Shown here: positions 50,529-60,535 of the stretch, piece after piece
How the letters are laid out: every line of letters starts with the position of its first letter
How positions within the stretch are numbered: position 1 is the stretch's first letter
Virus record (IMG/VR): IMGVR_UViG_3300027573_000779
Location: 124,001 to 188,000 of that record
Direction: 5' to 3' (one strand)
DNA length: 64,000 nt
Position numbers and translations under genes: made by a program
The notes under the pieces: model-generated
Databases searched by the model: none
What the model was told of the DNA's origin: nothing
The model's input: only the letters and a program-made list of their open reading frames with translations

Positions 50529-51230
50529 AAAACAAATTAAGGCTTAATTTTTTTGATTCTGGAGCTATCCATAGTTGAAAACTCATAACCATGTTTATGC
50601 AATATTGTTGATAGCTTGTCGCAACACCCTTCTATAGTTTCTTTGTCTTCTTTGTTGTTGTCTACGTTCCATAACGCCTTGTGAAGGTTTACAATTGCTC
50701 TTGCCACCCTGCTACAAAGTCTCTTTTTCATGATGTTACCATTTTAAAATATTTTTTTAAAATGTCAACCCTTTCTTTTTTGGTCTAACCTTTAAATATC
50801 GTAGTTAGGATATTCAGGCTGTTTCTTAAAACCATCCATCACTCTATGCAAGTACTCATATGCCCATTTTTCATCTATAGCCTTAGTGTGGTCATGGTCC
50901 CATCCAAATACTTCTTTATAAGTCATTCTGATAGTATGAGATTCCCATTTATCCGCTTCGTTATCCTCTTCTCCCGCACCAAAACCCCAAACATTTTTCT
51001 CTCTTTTGTAACCAAAAATTACCCCATCCCACATCAGATGATAGTGAGAGTCATGTAGCGTGACGCCCACTAACTCTGGATGCAGTCTCCCTACAGCGCA
51101 CCGAACAGTCCAATCCACAGACTTAGAATATCTCTCCGCTTCTTGATTTAGCTTAAAAGCTACCTCAGTCAGAACATGCATCTTGAGAAAATCTTCGTGT
51201 GTCATTTAAGCGCATGATACGATATCTTTT

Positions 51231-51593
51231 TTAAAAGTCCAGTTCTATTTTAGCGTAAAGAACATCGGGAGGAACTTTAAAGAACAAGGTCAGGGCGTTA
51301 CAAAGCCAAAAAATCATCCCCTCAGTTTCCCATTCGTAAAGCGTCCCCGATTCAGGTTGAACTTCTTTGGGACATTTAGTAGCTTTAGCTGTATAGTTAG
51401 GGAAAAACTCGTCCGAGAAAATCAGATTAAAGCCTTTTTTCATGGTAATTTTACCCTTGAGTTTTAACATTCTATCAATTGCTTGTGTTGCTCCTCCTAC
51501 GAAAGCCTCTGCGACCAAACCTAAGGTAGGTTCGTCAAAAACCCAAATTTTGCCTAGCTTATATGGGCGAATTATAAATATTTTATTTTCCAT
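51231..51593 (-). CDS. DUF6717-like protein
   Basis: IRPYKLGKIWVFDEPTLGLVAEAFVGGA and WLCNALTLFFKVPPDVLY. Family name recalled from memory. Confidence 0.7.
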   Translation of the reverse strand: MENKIFIIRPYKLGKIWVFDEPTLGLVAEAFVGGATQAIDRMLKLKGKITMKKGFNLIFSDEFFPNYTAKATKCPKEVQPESGTLYEWETEGMIFWLCNALTLFFKVPPDVLYAKIELDF

Positions 51594-52051
51594 TAAGCTA
51601 GTTGATTGATTACGATAAGCATGTCTGTGTCTTTAAATACTTCTTCAATCATTACCCTGACAATCCTCCAGTTCCCTCCCGCCAAACCGCACCCCATTTT
51701 AAAAGGAATTCCAATAGATTTAATTCCTTTGGCTACAGCGTCGTTTTTCATTTTGTCGAGGGCTTTATAAAGGGCTTCATAATTTAACGCCCGAAGACCC
51801 CCAATTTCAAATTGACCATACAAATTGTAAATATGTTTAATGTAATCGCCTGAAACCTGAGAGACTGAAAAGGTTCCGAGTTTTGTTCTTTTCCCGTAAG
51901 AAGTATTCTTGTCTGTTTCTAACACTTCTGGCCACTGGCGAGCGATAGCAAGAGCTACACCCGCTCCCATGGTGTGAAAACAGTTTGCAACGTGAGCTAT
52001 AGCATCTGTTTTGGAAAAAACAATAGAACGGTTTTGAGTAACGCTATTCAT
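51593..52051 (-). CDS. Macro domain protein (ADP-ribose binding/hydrolase)
   Basis: AHVANCFHTMGAGVALAI, NLYGQ and IPFKMGCGLAGGNW. Start MNSVTQ 8 nt after TAGAAT. Confidence 0.9.
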   Translation of the reverse strand: MNSVTQNRSIVFSKTDAIAHVANCFHTMGAGVALAIARQWPEVLETDKNTSYGKRTKLGTFSVSQVSGDYIKHIYNLYGQFEIGGLRALNYEALYKALDKMKNDAVAKGIKSIGIPFKMGCGLAGGNWRIVRVMIEEVFKDTDMLIVINQLA

Positions 52052-53435
52052 AAAAACGCATTCTACAACATCTTTTTCAAACGTCAACAATAATCCAAAA
52101 CCTCTGTAAAGTCTTGTATTTGCTTGGTGCCGCCCTCTGATTCTTTTATTAGTTTAATATAAGTTTCCTTATTAATAGTCCTTGAAGGCATACTGGCTAG
52201 TTCTAATGTAAAAATGTCGGGAGTTGATTGCGCATAACTTGAATGCCTAAACAAACAACCAGTTAGTAAATTAGTAAACTTGTAATAGCCCTCAATATAG
52301 ACCTTTGCGGTTAGATAGTAATTGTGGGGAGACAACATCTTAAATTGTTCCTTGAAGGTCAAAATAAGTTTTCATCATGCCTTTCTCTGTATCGTTCGCT
52401 TCTTGAATTAGTTTTTTGCGTCTAGCACGCCAAACACTCATTGAAGTTTCAAGTTGTGCGTTATAAGGGACGTATCCACTAGAATAAAACCCACACTCGT
52501 ATCTTTCGAGTCCAATTTTATAACCAATTTTTCGTGCGTCTGGAATCCCTGCCTTGGTAAGCTGGTCTTTAGTCCAAAATCTTTTGCGCTCTTTGTCTAT
52601 ATAAGCCGCTTCCAGTATTTCGCCTGTTTTAGGATAAACAAATTTATTCATAAATGCTCCAAAACACCAGAATACAGCATCTTTTTAAAATGTCAATGCT
52701 CAAGCACCGCAGGGCTTCAGTTCTAATCTAATCCCTTCAATTTTGTTTTTTTCAGTTAAATACCACCCCTCTATTATTAAATCAATATCAATGGTGGTCT
52801 TGGGACCAAAGATAGTCCATTTTTTGTTTTCAGCCTTATCAAACACAAGTAATGTATTACCATAGTTCATAACGTTAGCTTTGTCCCCTTCAATAAAAGG
52901 AGCGTTTTCTATAGTCTGACCTAAATCGTCTTGGATTGTTTTAATTAAGAAAAACATATCAGCCACCACCCACCCTTCGCCCAAATGATTATTTTTTGGG
53001 TCCTTTGGTTTTTGACCTATAGACCAAACAACAATCTTAGAGATGCTTTTTGATTTCATCTGGACAAACTTCTAAAAGATAAATTTTTGTTAGTTTATAA
53101 ATACCTTCAATTAATTGTTCTCTCTGAGCTACAACTTTGTCCACTTCCTGTTTTACTCTTTTGCCTTCTTTTAATGGCAAAGAAGCAAAATATCTAAAAT
53201 GACCGTCATAAGAACGTATATAGGCATAACCTTCTCTCCCTAAAAATTTTGGAACTGCAAACCCAACCCCACAAAGAAAACCCGGAAATTGGTCATATTC
53301 CCAAAAAAACATCCTTTTTTCGTGTTTTTTGCCGTCGCCATTACATTCTATACAACGGTTTTTTTCAATAGTCCCTGTTCCTTTACACTCTTTACACTCT
53401 CTCTTATTACTTAAATTCCTCATATCATAACTCCC

Positions 53436-53684
53436 TCAAAATGAGTTTTTGGTAGTTACAAAAACTTGTTCCATAATTTGGAGTCGAACCTGTTCTTGGG
53501 TTTGTTCCCAACCTCTTTCTAATTGGTCCCAAACTTGGTTTCCAACTTGGTTTCCAATTTGATTGCTAAAGTGATACCTAATTTGATTTAGAATTGTTAA
53601 ATATTTTTTATCCATTTCACAAACAGGTCTAAGACAAAAACCATACCGAATGCTAAAACTAATATTAATATAATGTACATTCAT
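53436..53684 (-). CDS. DQVW-type tetrapeptide-repeat mini-protein
   Basis: NQIGNQVGNQVWDQL...EQVRLQI. Confidence 0.6.
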   Translation of the reverse strand: MNVHYINISFSIRYGFCLRPVCEMDKKYLTILNQIRYHFSNQIGNQVGNQVWDQLERGWEQTQEQVRLQIMEQVFVTTKNSF

Positions 53685-53896
53685 TCAACTAAACTGTTGA
53701 TTTGGTGCTCAATTTGGTAGCCAATTTCTGCCCACATTTGGTTTTGAGTTTGGTCCCAAACTTTGTTTTCTATGGTTTGATGCCCAATTTGCTTAGAAAT
53801 TTGAAGTCTTATTAAGTCCAAAGTATCTGTTAAGACTTGGCACTGAAACCGGTACTGGTCCCTAATTTGGTCTTTTGTTTTAAATCTCTTCAACAC
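53681..53896 (-). CDS. DQVW-type tetrapeptide-repeat mini-protein
   Basis: DQIRDQ...KVWDQTQNQMW. Confidence 0.65.
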   Translation of the reverse strand: MLKRFKTKDQIRDQYRFQCQVLTDTLDLIRLQISKQIGHQTIENKVWDQTQNQMWAEIGYQIEHQINSLVE

Positions 53897-54766
53897 TTAG
53901 ATTGGTTCTTTGATAAGTTTCGTATACATCAATAGGGTCGCTGGCTGTCCAAGGCATTAAAATAAAATTAATTCCAAATGGGTGATACATTTCCATTTTT
54001 TCTTTGTCTGTTGCCTCGTCTAAATAGCCAGCCACATACCAATCCAGCCCTTCAAATGGGTAGGCCCAGTTTTTTCCTTTCTTATCCGGCCTGTGTCCTA
54101 CGACATAAATTCTATCTCTGTCGTTTCGTTTATAACGCGCCCCTTCCCATTGGTCCGAACCAATCTTTACTTTAACTGGTTGCACGTCAAAACACCCACA
54201 TTGTTCTAACCATTCTTTTAAAGTCATATGCTCAAGCGCCGCAGGGCTTAGTTTATTCTAATTCCCACCATTCGGGGTCCACTTCTGCCAAAGCTTTACC
54301 TAAGTCACTAGGAAAAACAACGGCAATATCATAAACGGGATTTTCTTTACCTTCACTATCTGATTCTGTCAAACTCAAACCCCTATGATTCAGAGTTAGG
54401 TTAGAGACTTTCTTAAAAAATGTTTCTAATTTGGCTTTATCGTGTTCTTTCATATGCTCAAGCGCCGCAGGGCTTAGTTTTATTTATAATAAGTCTGAAT
54501 ATAGGCATCTGCCACCTGTTTGAAATAGCTAAAAATTCGCTCTTTTGTTTGTTCTGTTCCGTCGCCGCTCATATTAACAGTTACGCCTCCAATCTTGAGA
54601 GGCTTTACTTTACCATCCCTAAAAAGCCTCAAAAAACGCGAAACTGTCATCAGTTCAACCCACCTACGTTCAGGGGTCTTGATTTCGACCTTGAACTTCT
54701 TCACCTTTGGAAGGAAGTTGGCTACCAACGTAATTGATATCATGAAACGATGATAGCGGGTCTTTT

Positions 54767-54961
54767 TTAAAAATCAAGTCGATTGCTCAAGCCGCTCCTA
54801 AAAATTTCACTTACAATTTGGTCCCAAATTTGCCCCTTAACTTGGTTCCAAGTTTGTCCTCCAATTTGGCTCCCAACTTGTTTCCAAACTTGCTCCCAGA
54901 CTTGGTCCCCAACTTGGCTCCAAACTTGGTCTATAATCCTTTCTTTAATTATTTGGGTCAT
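54767..54961 (-). CDS. DQVW-type tetrapeptide-repeat mini-protein
   Basis: DQVWSQVGDQVWEQVWKQVGSQIGGQTWNQVKGQIWDQI. Confidence 0.75.
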   Translation of the reverse strand: MTQIIKERIIDQVWSQVGDQVWEQVWKQVGSQIGGQTWNQVKGQIWDQIVSEIFRSGLSNRLDF

Positions 54962-54967
54962 AAAGGC

Positions 54968-55192
54968 TTAAATTTGGTCCCAAATTGCGTCCTCAAGTTG
55001 TTTCCGAAGGTTGTCCCAAAGTTGTTCCCTAAGTGGATTCCAAACTTGTATAACCTGCATCCAAATTGGGTCCCAAACCTGTTCATCAAGCTGACTTTTA
55101 ACTTGGTCCCCAACTTGGTCCCAAATAATCTTACGAATCTCAATATCGGTTTGGTACCAATCCTCCGATAATTTGTCTAGCATCATTTTCAT
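54968..55192 (-). CDS. DQVW-type tetrapeptide-repeat mini-protein
   Basis: IWDQVGDQVKSQLDEQVWDPIW. Confidence 0.7.
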   Translation of the reverse strand: MKMMLDKLSEDWYQTDIEIRKIIWDQVGDQVKSQLDEQVWDPIWMQVIQVWNPLREQLWDNLRKQLEDAIWDQI

Positions 55193-55514
55193 TTATTAAA
55201 ACTTTTTTAAAAATCAATCACAAAAAGAAACTAAGGAATTCTTGGTGGCAGTGGTAAAACAATTCCTAATTTAGTAAGGGCTTGTTCATCTGTATTGTTC
55301 AACCCGTTATAAATCACTTTTGTAGCTATATAAAGACACTCGGCTTGTGTCCAATCTGGAAACCTTTTCTCTAAAGAATCACAAAATCTATCCCTTAATT
55401 CTTCAACAGGTATGGGATTAGATTTAGAAACAAATGTAAAAGCAATTTTGAAAACCACGTCTGCTAAAATTTCAGAATTATCACTTAAATCTTTTAAAAT
55501 TTTTGGTGAAATTT

Positions 55515-55730
55515 TCATAACCATATTTGCTCAAGAACTTGGTTCCGAACTTCCATGAAAACGTCATTCCTTATTTGTTCCCTAGATGGGTTTCCAACAT
55601 GCTTCATAACTTGGCTCCCAATCTCAGTTCGGTCCCCAACTTGGTCCATAACGTGGTCCCAAACTTGGTCCATAACGCGGTCCCAAACTTGGTCCACAAC
55701 TTGATACTGAATTTTGGTGACTAAGCTCAA
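55515..55730 (-). CDS. DQVW-type tetrapeptide-repeat mini-protein
   Basis: DQVWDRVMDQVWDHVMDQVGD. Confidence 0.75.
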   Translation of the reverse strand: MSLVTKIQYQVVDQVWDRVMDQVWDHVMDQVGDRTEIGSQVMKHVGNPSREQIRNDVFMEVRNQVLEQIWL

Positions 55731-56027
55731 TCAATCCGCTTTTGTTTCAACTTCTTCAATAGAATATTCAGGTAAAGCTTTATTAATCCGCAGTTTAACG
55801 CGCTCTATAATTGGTTTTACCACATCGGGCGCTCTGGCTACGGTTTTGAGTTTATTAGCTCTACCTATAGCTACCCGTAAACCAAAGTCTCTGTTAAACG
55901 AGTCTCCAGCATCAATATTGGTATAGCTCCAGCCAATATGAACCGTTTTGCGGTCATGGTCTTCTACTCCCGCCACAATGCCGCGCCTTTGATTTGTTTT
56001 GGGGTCTCTGACAAATTGAATAAACAT
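55731..56027 (-). CDS. Conserved phage hypothetical protein
   Basis: HIGWSYTNIDAGDSFNRDFGLRVAIGRA pattern; own promoter. Confidence 0.65.
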   Translation of the reverse strand: MFIQFVRDPKTNQRRGIVAGVEDHDRKTVHIGWSYTNIDAGDSFNRDFGLRVAIGRANKLKTVARAPDVVKPIIERVKLRINKALPEYSIEEVETKAD

Positions 56028-56065
56028 ATCTGTATTTTAAATATTTTTTTTAAAAAAGCAAGCAA

Positions 56066-57061
56066 TTAATAGTCCTGATTTAAAATCTTGACCGACAGTG
56101 ATTTACCAAGAATTGGGGAATATTTGGGCGTTATTGGTCGCAAAACAATCCCCTCTGCCTTGCGCTCTTGTCCTGTAGATGTGAGATAAATAGCCTTGTT
56201 AGCTTCTTCCTGAAGCCGCGCCATGGTCCAAGTATCATCAAATGTAAAAGGTTCACTAACAGGAATAACCACAGGAATTTGCAATTGGTTGCATAACTCA
56301 TTTATTTCCTGCCAGTTATACCATTTGCCAGTATCAAATTCTTTAACATTAAAGACAAACATCTGAAAACTGTTCAGGCCCAATGGGTTACCTTGAATTT
56401 TGCCCCCGCAAGCCTCTGCTTGAATAGCAATGTTTTTACCCAACTCTTTAAGCTTAGAAGTTAGATTATATTGGTCTGCAATCTTCCAAAAGCCGGTCCC
56501 TTCTTTTTGCTCCAGCCGCCGACTGCAAACGCGAACTTCACCGTTTTCATAAATCACAGTCATTGAAGAACCGTCAGCTTTGATAGTTAAATAACAAAGT
56601 TCATTCCTAAACTCTTCTAAAATCTCTGGATAGTTTTGAATGTTTTCTTCGTCTGTAATTGAGATTAAATGAGTAGGAAAAGAACCCTTGGCGTCTCCAT
56701 TAACAGAAGAATCAATAGGTTTGTCGTATTTTAAAATACCTAAAGCTTCCGAAACGTCCGAACCTTCTTCAACCTGATAGTTATAGCTTGGAATGATAGT
56801 TAAAGGGCAAACTAAACCCTGAGAAGGAGAGCCGCGAAACTTGGCGTTCCAGACACGATATTTTTGCCTTTCTAAAAAACTAAAATAAGAATTCGCGCTA
56901 GGAACAATAGAGTCAATACGAATAAACACCACTAAATCGCCGTTTTTATATTCTCCCTTCTTAACCACAACAGGCCATTCTTTAATTTTGGCGACTTCAA
57001 GAGAGTCGGCGTTGAAATGTGGTTGGACGCTATGAATTCGTTCAATTGTGGCTAATTTCAT
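56066..57061 (-). CDS. RNA ligase, DRB0094/Rnl5-like family
   Basis: KLATIERI...GDLVVFIRIDS N-terminal OB-like domain; motifs TIKADGSS, IQAEACG, FVFNV, EGIVLR and SVKILN. Confidence 0.9.
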   Translation of the reverse strand: MKLATIERIHSVQPHFNADSLEVAKIKEWPVVVKKGEYKNGDLVVFIRIDSIVPSANSYFSFLERQKYRVWNAKFRGSPSQGLVCPLTIIPSYNYQVEEGSDVSEALGILKYDKPIDSSVNGDAKGSFPTHLISITDEENIQNYPEILEEFRNELCYLTIKADGSSMTVIYENGEVRVCSRRLEQKEGTGFWKIADQYNLTSKLKELGKNIAIQAEACGGKIQGNPLGLNSFQMFVFNVKEFDTGKWYNWQEINELCNQLQIPVVIPVSEPFTFDDTWTMARLQEEANKAIYLTSTGQERKAEGIVLRPITPKYSPILGKSLSVKILNQDY

Positions 57062-57071
57062 TTTAAAAGGT

Positions 57072-57097
57072 ACCCACTAGCGAACTGGCTAGTGGGT
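57072..57097. terminator. 10-bp hairpin in the RNA ligase leader (terminator-like)
   Basis: ACCCACTAGC/GCTAGTGGGT; long T-run on the + side and a weak one on the - side. Confidence 0.55.
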
Positions 57098-57251
57098 GGT
57101 TTTTTTTACCTTTACTTAACAAGCCTGCAAACCAACAAACAGGTTAATTTGCAGCGTCTTCCCCGAAGACATTTTAATGATATCAAGCCTTTCTAAAAAG
57201 TCAATCTCTCAAGTGCCGAGGGGCTAAGTTTTCGCTAAGTGCGCCGCAAGG

Positions 57252-57503
57252 CTAATCTTTTTGGTGAACTTTAAATGCTAGTATCTTAGTGGGGTTTGGA
57301 CAACGCCAACCGTCAGTAATACACTCATATCCAAGAGTCCTCAGAACTGTTCTAAAAGTATTTGTTTCACTTAATGATAGTTCTACCGCATCGCCCACAT
57401 TCATTGTGTTCGCTAAAGTAATGAGATTCTTTAAGGTTTGTTCTCTTGAACCCCTTCCTTTAGGAATGGGTAAATTTTTATGTATCGTAAAACTTTTAAC
57501 CAT
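57252..57503 (-). CDS. Small putative DNA-binding protein
   Basis: IHKNLPIPKGRG...MNVGDAV pattern common in small phage proteins. Confidence 0.5.
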   Translation of the reverse strand: MVKSFTIHKNLPIPKGRGSREQTLKNLITLANTMNVGDAVELSLSETNTFRTVLRTLGYECITDGWRCPNPTKILAFKVHQKD

Positions 57504-57951
57504 TCGTTTTATGGTAAAGGTAACATTTTACTTGGGATTAGCCTAAATCTATCTTTTTTGTTTTTGCTTTGAATATATCTTTTAATATCATCGTGTCTTC
57601 CATAAATACCCCTTTCAGAGTATTGATAAGGCTCCCATGCACCGTATCCATCCCAATCGGTACAAAACTCAATTACTATCTGAAAAACGGGCGCTTTTAA
57701 GTGAACCCATTTTCCTAGCTTAGAATCATAAACATGTACTCCAGCATTATCATAATATTTTTTGCGCTCTATTTCTTTATAGGTTGTGCCGCCTTTATTG
57801 CCACATTTCGGACAATATTCCCAAGGGTCTTCAATATTTAAAGTAAACTGTTTATGGCAGCTTAAGCATTTAAAACGAGCATAATGGCCATCTCCATGGT
57901 CTTCTTGCCATTTGGGACTAATTTGTAATAAAGTTCTCATACAGGGCTATT

Positions 57952-58176
57952 TTATTTTTGGTCCCAAACTTGGTCCTCAACTTGGTCCCAAACTTGGCCC
58001 TGAACTTGGTCCCAAACTTGGTCCCGAACTTGGTCCCGAACTTGGTCCCGAACTTGGTCCCGAACTTGGTCCCGAACTTGGTCCCAAACTTGGTCCCAAA
58101 CTTGGTCCCAAACTTGGTCCCGAACTTGGTCCCGAACTTGGTCCCAAACTTGGTCCTCAACTTGACCCTCAATCAT
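57952..58176 (-). CDS. DQVW/DQVR protein encoded by a near-perfect 12-bp tandem array
   Basis: About 17 units of GACCAAGTT(T/C)GG; ATG at 58176. Confidence 0.7.
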   Translation of the reverse strand: MIEGQVEDQVWDQVRDQVRDQVWDQVWDQVWDQVRDQVRDQVRDQVRDQVRDQVWDQVQGQVWDQVEDQVWDQK

Positions 58177-58189
58177 AAAGATTTAGTTT

Positions 58190-58315
58190 TTAATTCCTCA
58201 ACTTGCCAATAAACTTGGTCTTTAATTTGTTACCATTAACTTGGTTCCAAACTTGGTCCCCAACTTGGTTCCGAACTTGGCCCCAAACTTGGCCCCAAAC
58301 TTGGTCCGCGTTCAT
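58190..58315 (-). pseudogene. DQVW-type gene with a frameshifted 3' part
   Basis: MNADQVWGQVWGQVRNQVGDQVWNQVNG, after which the repeat continues in another frame (QIKDQVYWQVEE). Confidence 0.55.
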
Positions 58316-58344
58316 AAAAGAAGGGTAGCCCCGCAAGGCTACCC
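58316..58344 (-). terminator. Rho-independent terminator after the DUF932 gene
   Basis: GGGTAGCC/GGCTACCC stem followed by TTCTTTT on the - strand. Confidence 0.85.
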
Positions 58345-58353
58345 CAAATTAAC

Positions 58354-59358
58354 CTAATTTTTTGGCAAGGTTAAGTCCTGTAGGAGTAAATCAGTAGCCC
58401 TCTGTTTGAGATTAGCTCCAGTACCAAGTAGCGCCGATTCAAACTTTGCTTCCTGTCTATTAGCTCCTTCTTCTGCTCTGGTGCTTCTTTTTTGGTCAAC
58501 AAATTCAGTTATACTGTTTAGGTAATCATACCTTGTCTCGCCTACATTCCCTGTGCCACGCTGAAAAAGTTCTGTTACCTGCTCTCGAATATTCTCAGTT
58601 CTTGAGCTACATTCATAAAGTCCAGTTTCCTTATTCAATTTCCCCGGAAACAAGGTTTCATTGTACCTAACTACCTCTTCTTCATTGCATTTCTGGTCTT
58701 TGAGCATTTTCAAGACTAGCTCCAGCCGCCCAAAATAACCATAAGCAATTCCGAGCGCCCTTTGAACTTCCTCTTTGTGACTCTTAAAACTTTTGGTATG
58801 GCGCATCTTAACCTGATTCTTTGCGCCTTTTAGGGCTGCATTAAGGGTGTTTTGACAGACTACCCGCACCGCTACATTCTGCATCCATACTGAGTGCGTA
58901 CCATCGTGGCTTGAAATCATCAAAATCCACTTGTCCATCTTATCGCTAGGGTCAATATACATGGTTTCTGGCAGCTTGGCCATAATCCAGATTTTGCGCC
59001 CCTCTCTTAAAGACCCCGCAGTCTCATAAACTGCCTGACCTTCAGAAATAACCGAATCAAAAAATTCAAAAGCTTCCTCGTTTTGGACTGGCGTATATCG
59101 ATTACCTACCACTCCCAGTTTAACCCCATTGTCCTCCCTTACAACAGCTTTATAATCTTCAAATTCAGAAAGACCACTCTCTGTCTGAATAAAAATTGGC
59201 TCTTTGCGAACCCTCCAATCCAAATGCGCCAATTGGATTGCTTCTTTGGCTGTAACTGTTCCTTTGACAACGCTTCCCAATGAATGCCAAGGAACTATAT
59301 TATTACCGCTAAAAGTTTCCGCAGTGCCGTCTTCTCTAATTGTTATTTCGTGTGACAT
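58354..59358 (-). CDS. DUF932 (TIGR03299-like) phage/plasmid protein
   Basis: PWHSLG, YTPVQNEEAFEFFD, YETAGSLREGRKIW, SSHDGT, VRVVCQNTL and RHTKS. Confidence 0.92.
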   Translation of the reverse strand: MSHEITIREDGTAETFSGNNIVPWHSLGSVVKGTVTAKEAIQLAHLDWRVRKEPIFIQTESGLSEFEDYKAVVREDNGVKLGVVGNRYTPVQNEEAFEFFDSVISEGQAVYETAGSLREGRKIWIMAKLPETMYIDPSDKMDKWILMISSHDGTHSVWMQNVAVRVVCQNTLNAALKGAKNQVKMRHTKSFKSHKEEVQRALGIAYGYFGRLELVLKMLKDQKCNEEEVVRYNETLFPGKLNKETGLYECSSRTENIREQVTELFQRGTGNVGETRYDYLNSITEFVDQKRSTRAEEGANRQEAKFESALLGTGANLKQRATDLLLQDLTLPKN

Positions 59359-59846
59359 ATTGTTTTACAAGTTTGTTTATCTGTCTACAGCATAACAAAT
59401 CTTTTTAAACCGTCAACAGGTTTCTTTTGAAAGTCTCCCCACTGCTTTTTCAAGTGCAACCATCTTAACCTCAAGTGGTTGCCCAGTCAAAAAAGCAACC
59501 AAAAGAGATTGAGACAAATCTTCTATTATCACATCAGCCTCTTTTGGAGGAGTAGTACGAGTTTGTGTCCTAATTTTAGACAGGCAGTTCTTCATTGTTT
59601 CTTTATAAAAATTACGCTCTCTTCAAGCCCGAAAGCCCAAAGAAAATTATTCCAACCTCTGTGTCCTAGTCCGCGCATTTTCCAGACTATTCTTTTAGTA
59701 TCATGAGCATTTTTGATTAACCAGTCTTGTTTTTGTTCTCTAGACCAGTTAACGTTGTATATTTCATCCACAGGAAAGAATCTTGTGTTGTCAGCTAAAA
59801 AATCTTCAATTTCTGGTAAATTTGGCATTGCTCAAGCGCCGCAAGG

Positions 59847-60035
59847 CTAGTTTATTTTTAGGTCTCTAACTTGGTCCCAAATTTGTCCCACAACTTGGCT
59901 TCTAAATTGGTCCTGTATTTGGCTTTGGCCCCAAATTTGTTTCTTGGTTTCATGCCCAACTTGGTCCCAAATTTCGCTCCAAATTTGGTCCCAAACTTGG
60001 TCCCGAACTTGTCTTTTTATTAAATTACTATTCAT
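59847..60035 (-). CDS. DQVW-type tetrapeptide-repeat mini-protein
   Basis: [20 protein letters not shown]; ends KIN*. Confidence 0.75.
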   Translation of the reverse strand: MNSNLIKRQVRDQVWDQIWSEIWDQVGHETKKQIWGQSQIQDQFRSQVVGQIWDQVRDLKIN

Positions 60036-60328
60036 TCAAATAATCATCGGGATTAACTTCTTCGCCAACATCGTCTTCTTCAGTTAAAGGAGAACCACAA
60101 ATAGCACAAATTTCTTCTAAAAGCGAATAGCTGCTATGCGCTCCGCCATCTCCCTCTTGAACCAATACTTCAACCAGTTTATAGACGCGCCAATTGACTA
60201 ACTCTGCTAATACTGGCAAGTCTTCCTTGGTAGGAGGCCAACAAGAGGCGCAAAGGTCTAAATGTTGGTCGTTAAGTCTTATTCTAGGCATCTCTCAAGC
60301 GCCGAGGGGCTAAGTTTTCGCCGCAGGG

Positions 60329-60535
60329 CTAGTTTATTTTTATGTTCCAAATGTGTTCCACAACTTGGCCTTCTACTTCTTCCCCAACTTCTTCCCAAAC
60401 TTGGCCCCAAACTTGTTCAAAAACCTGTTCCCAAACTTGACCTTCTACTTGGTCCCAAATTTGTTCCCCAATATGGTTATGAACTTGGCTCCTAATTTGG
60501 TCATCAATTTGCTTCCTAATGTTATCTTTCGTCAT
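60329..60535 (-). CDS. DQVW-type tetrapeptide-repeat mini-protein (MTxDxI subfamily)
   Basis: MTKDNI...EQIWDQVEGQVWEQVFEQVWGQVWEEV; ends KIN*. Confidence 0.75.
   Translation of the reverse strand: MTKDNIRKQIDDQIRSQVHNHIGEQIWDQVEGQVWEQVFEQVWGQVWEEVGEEVEGQVVEHIWNIKIN

Larger units (their letters stand above)
34962..56027 (-). other. Dense array of more than 60 short co-oriented hypothetical early genes (host-takeover/accessory region)
   Basis: Mostly 50-150 aa ORFs, nearly all on the - strand, most with their own promoter or a junction element. Confidence 0.75.

Noticed and set aside
57912-58212. CRISPR array or mini-array in the 12-bp repeats
   Set aside because: Units are contiguous with no unique spacers, are too short, and encode an in-frame tetrapeptide.
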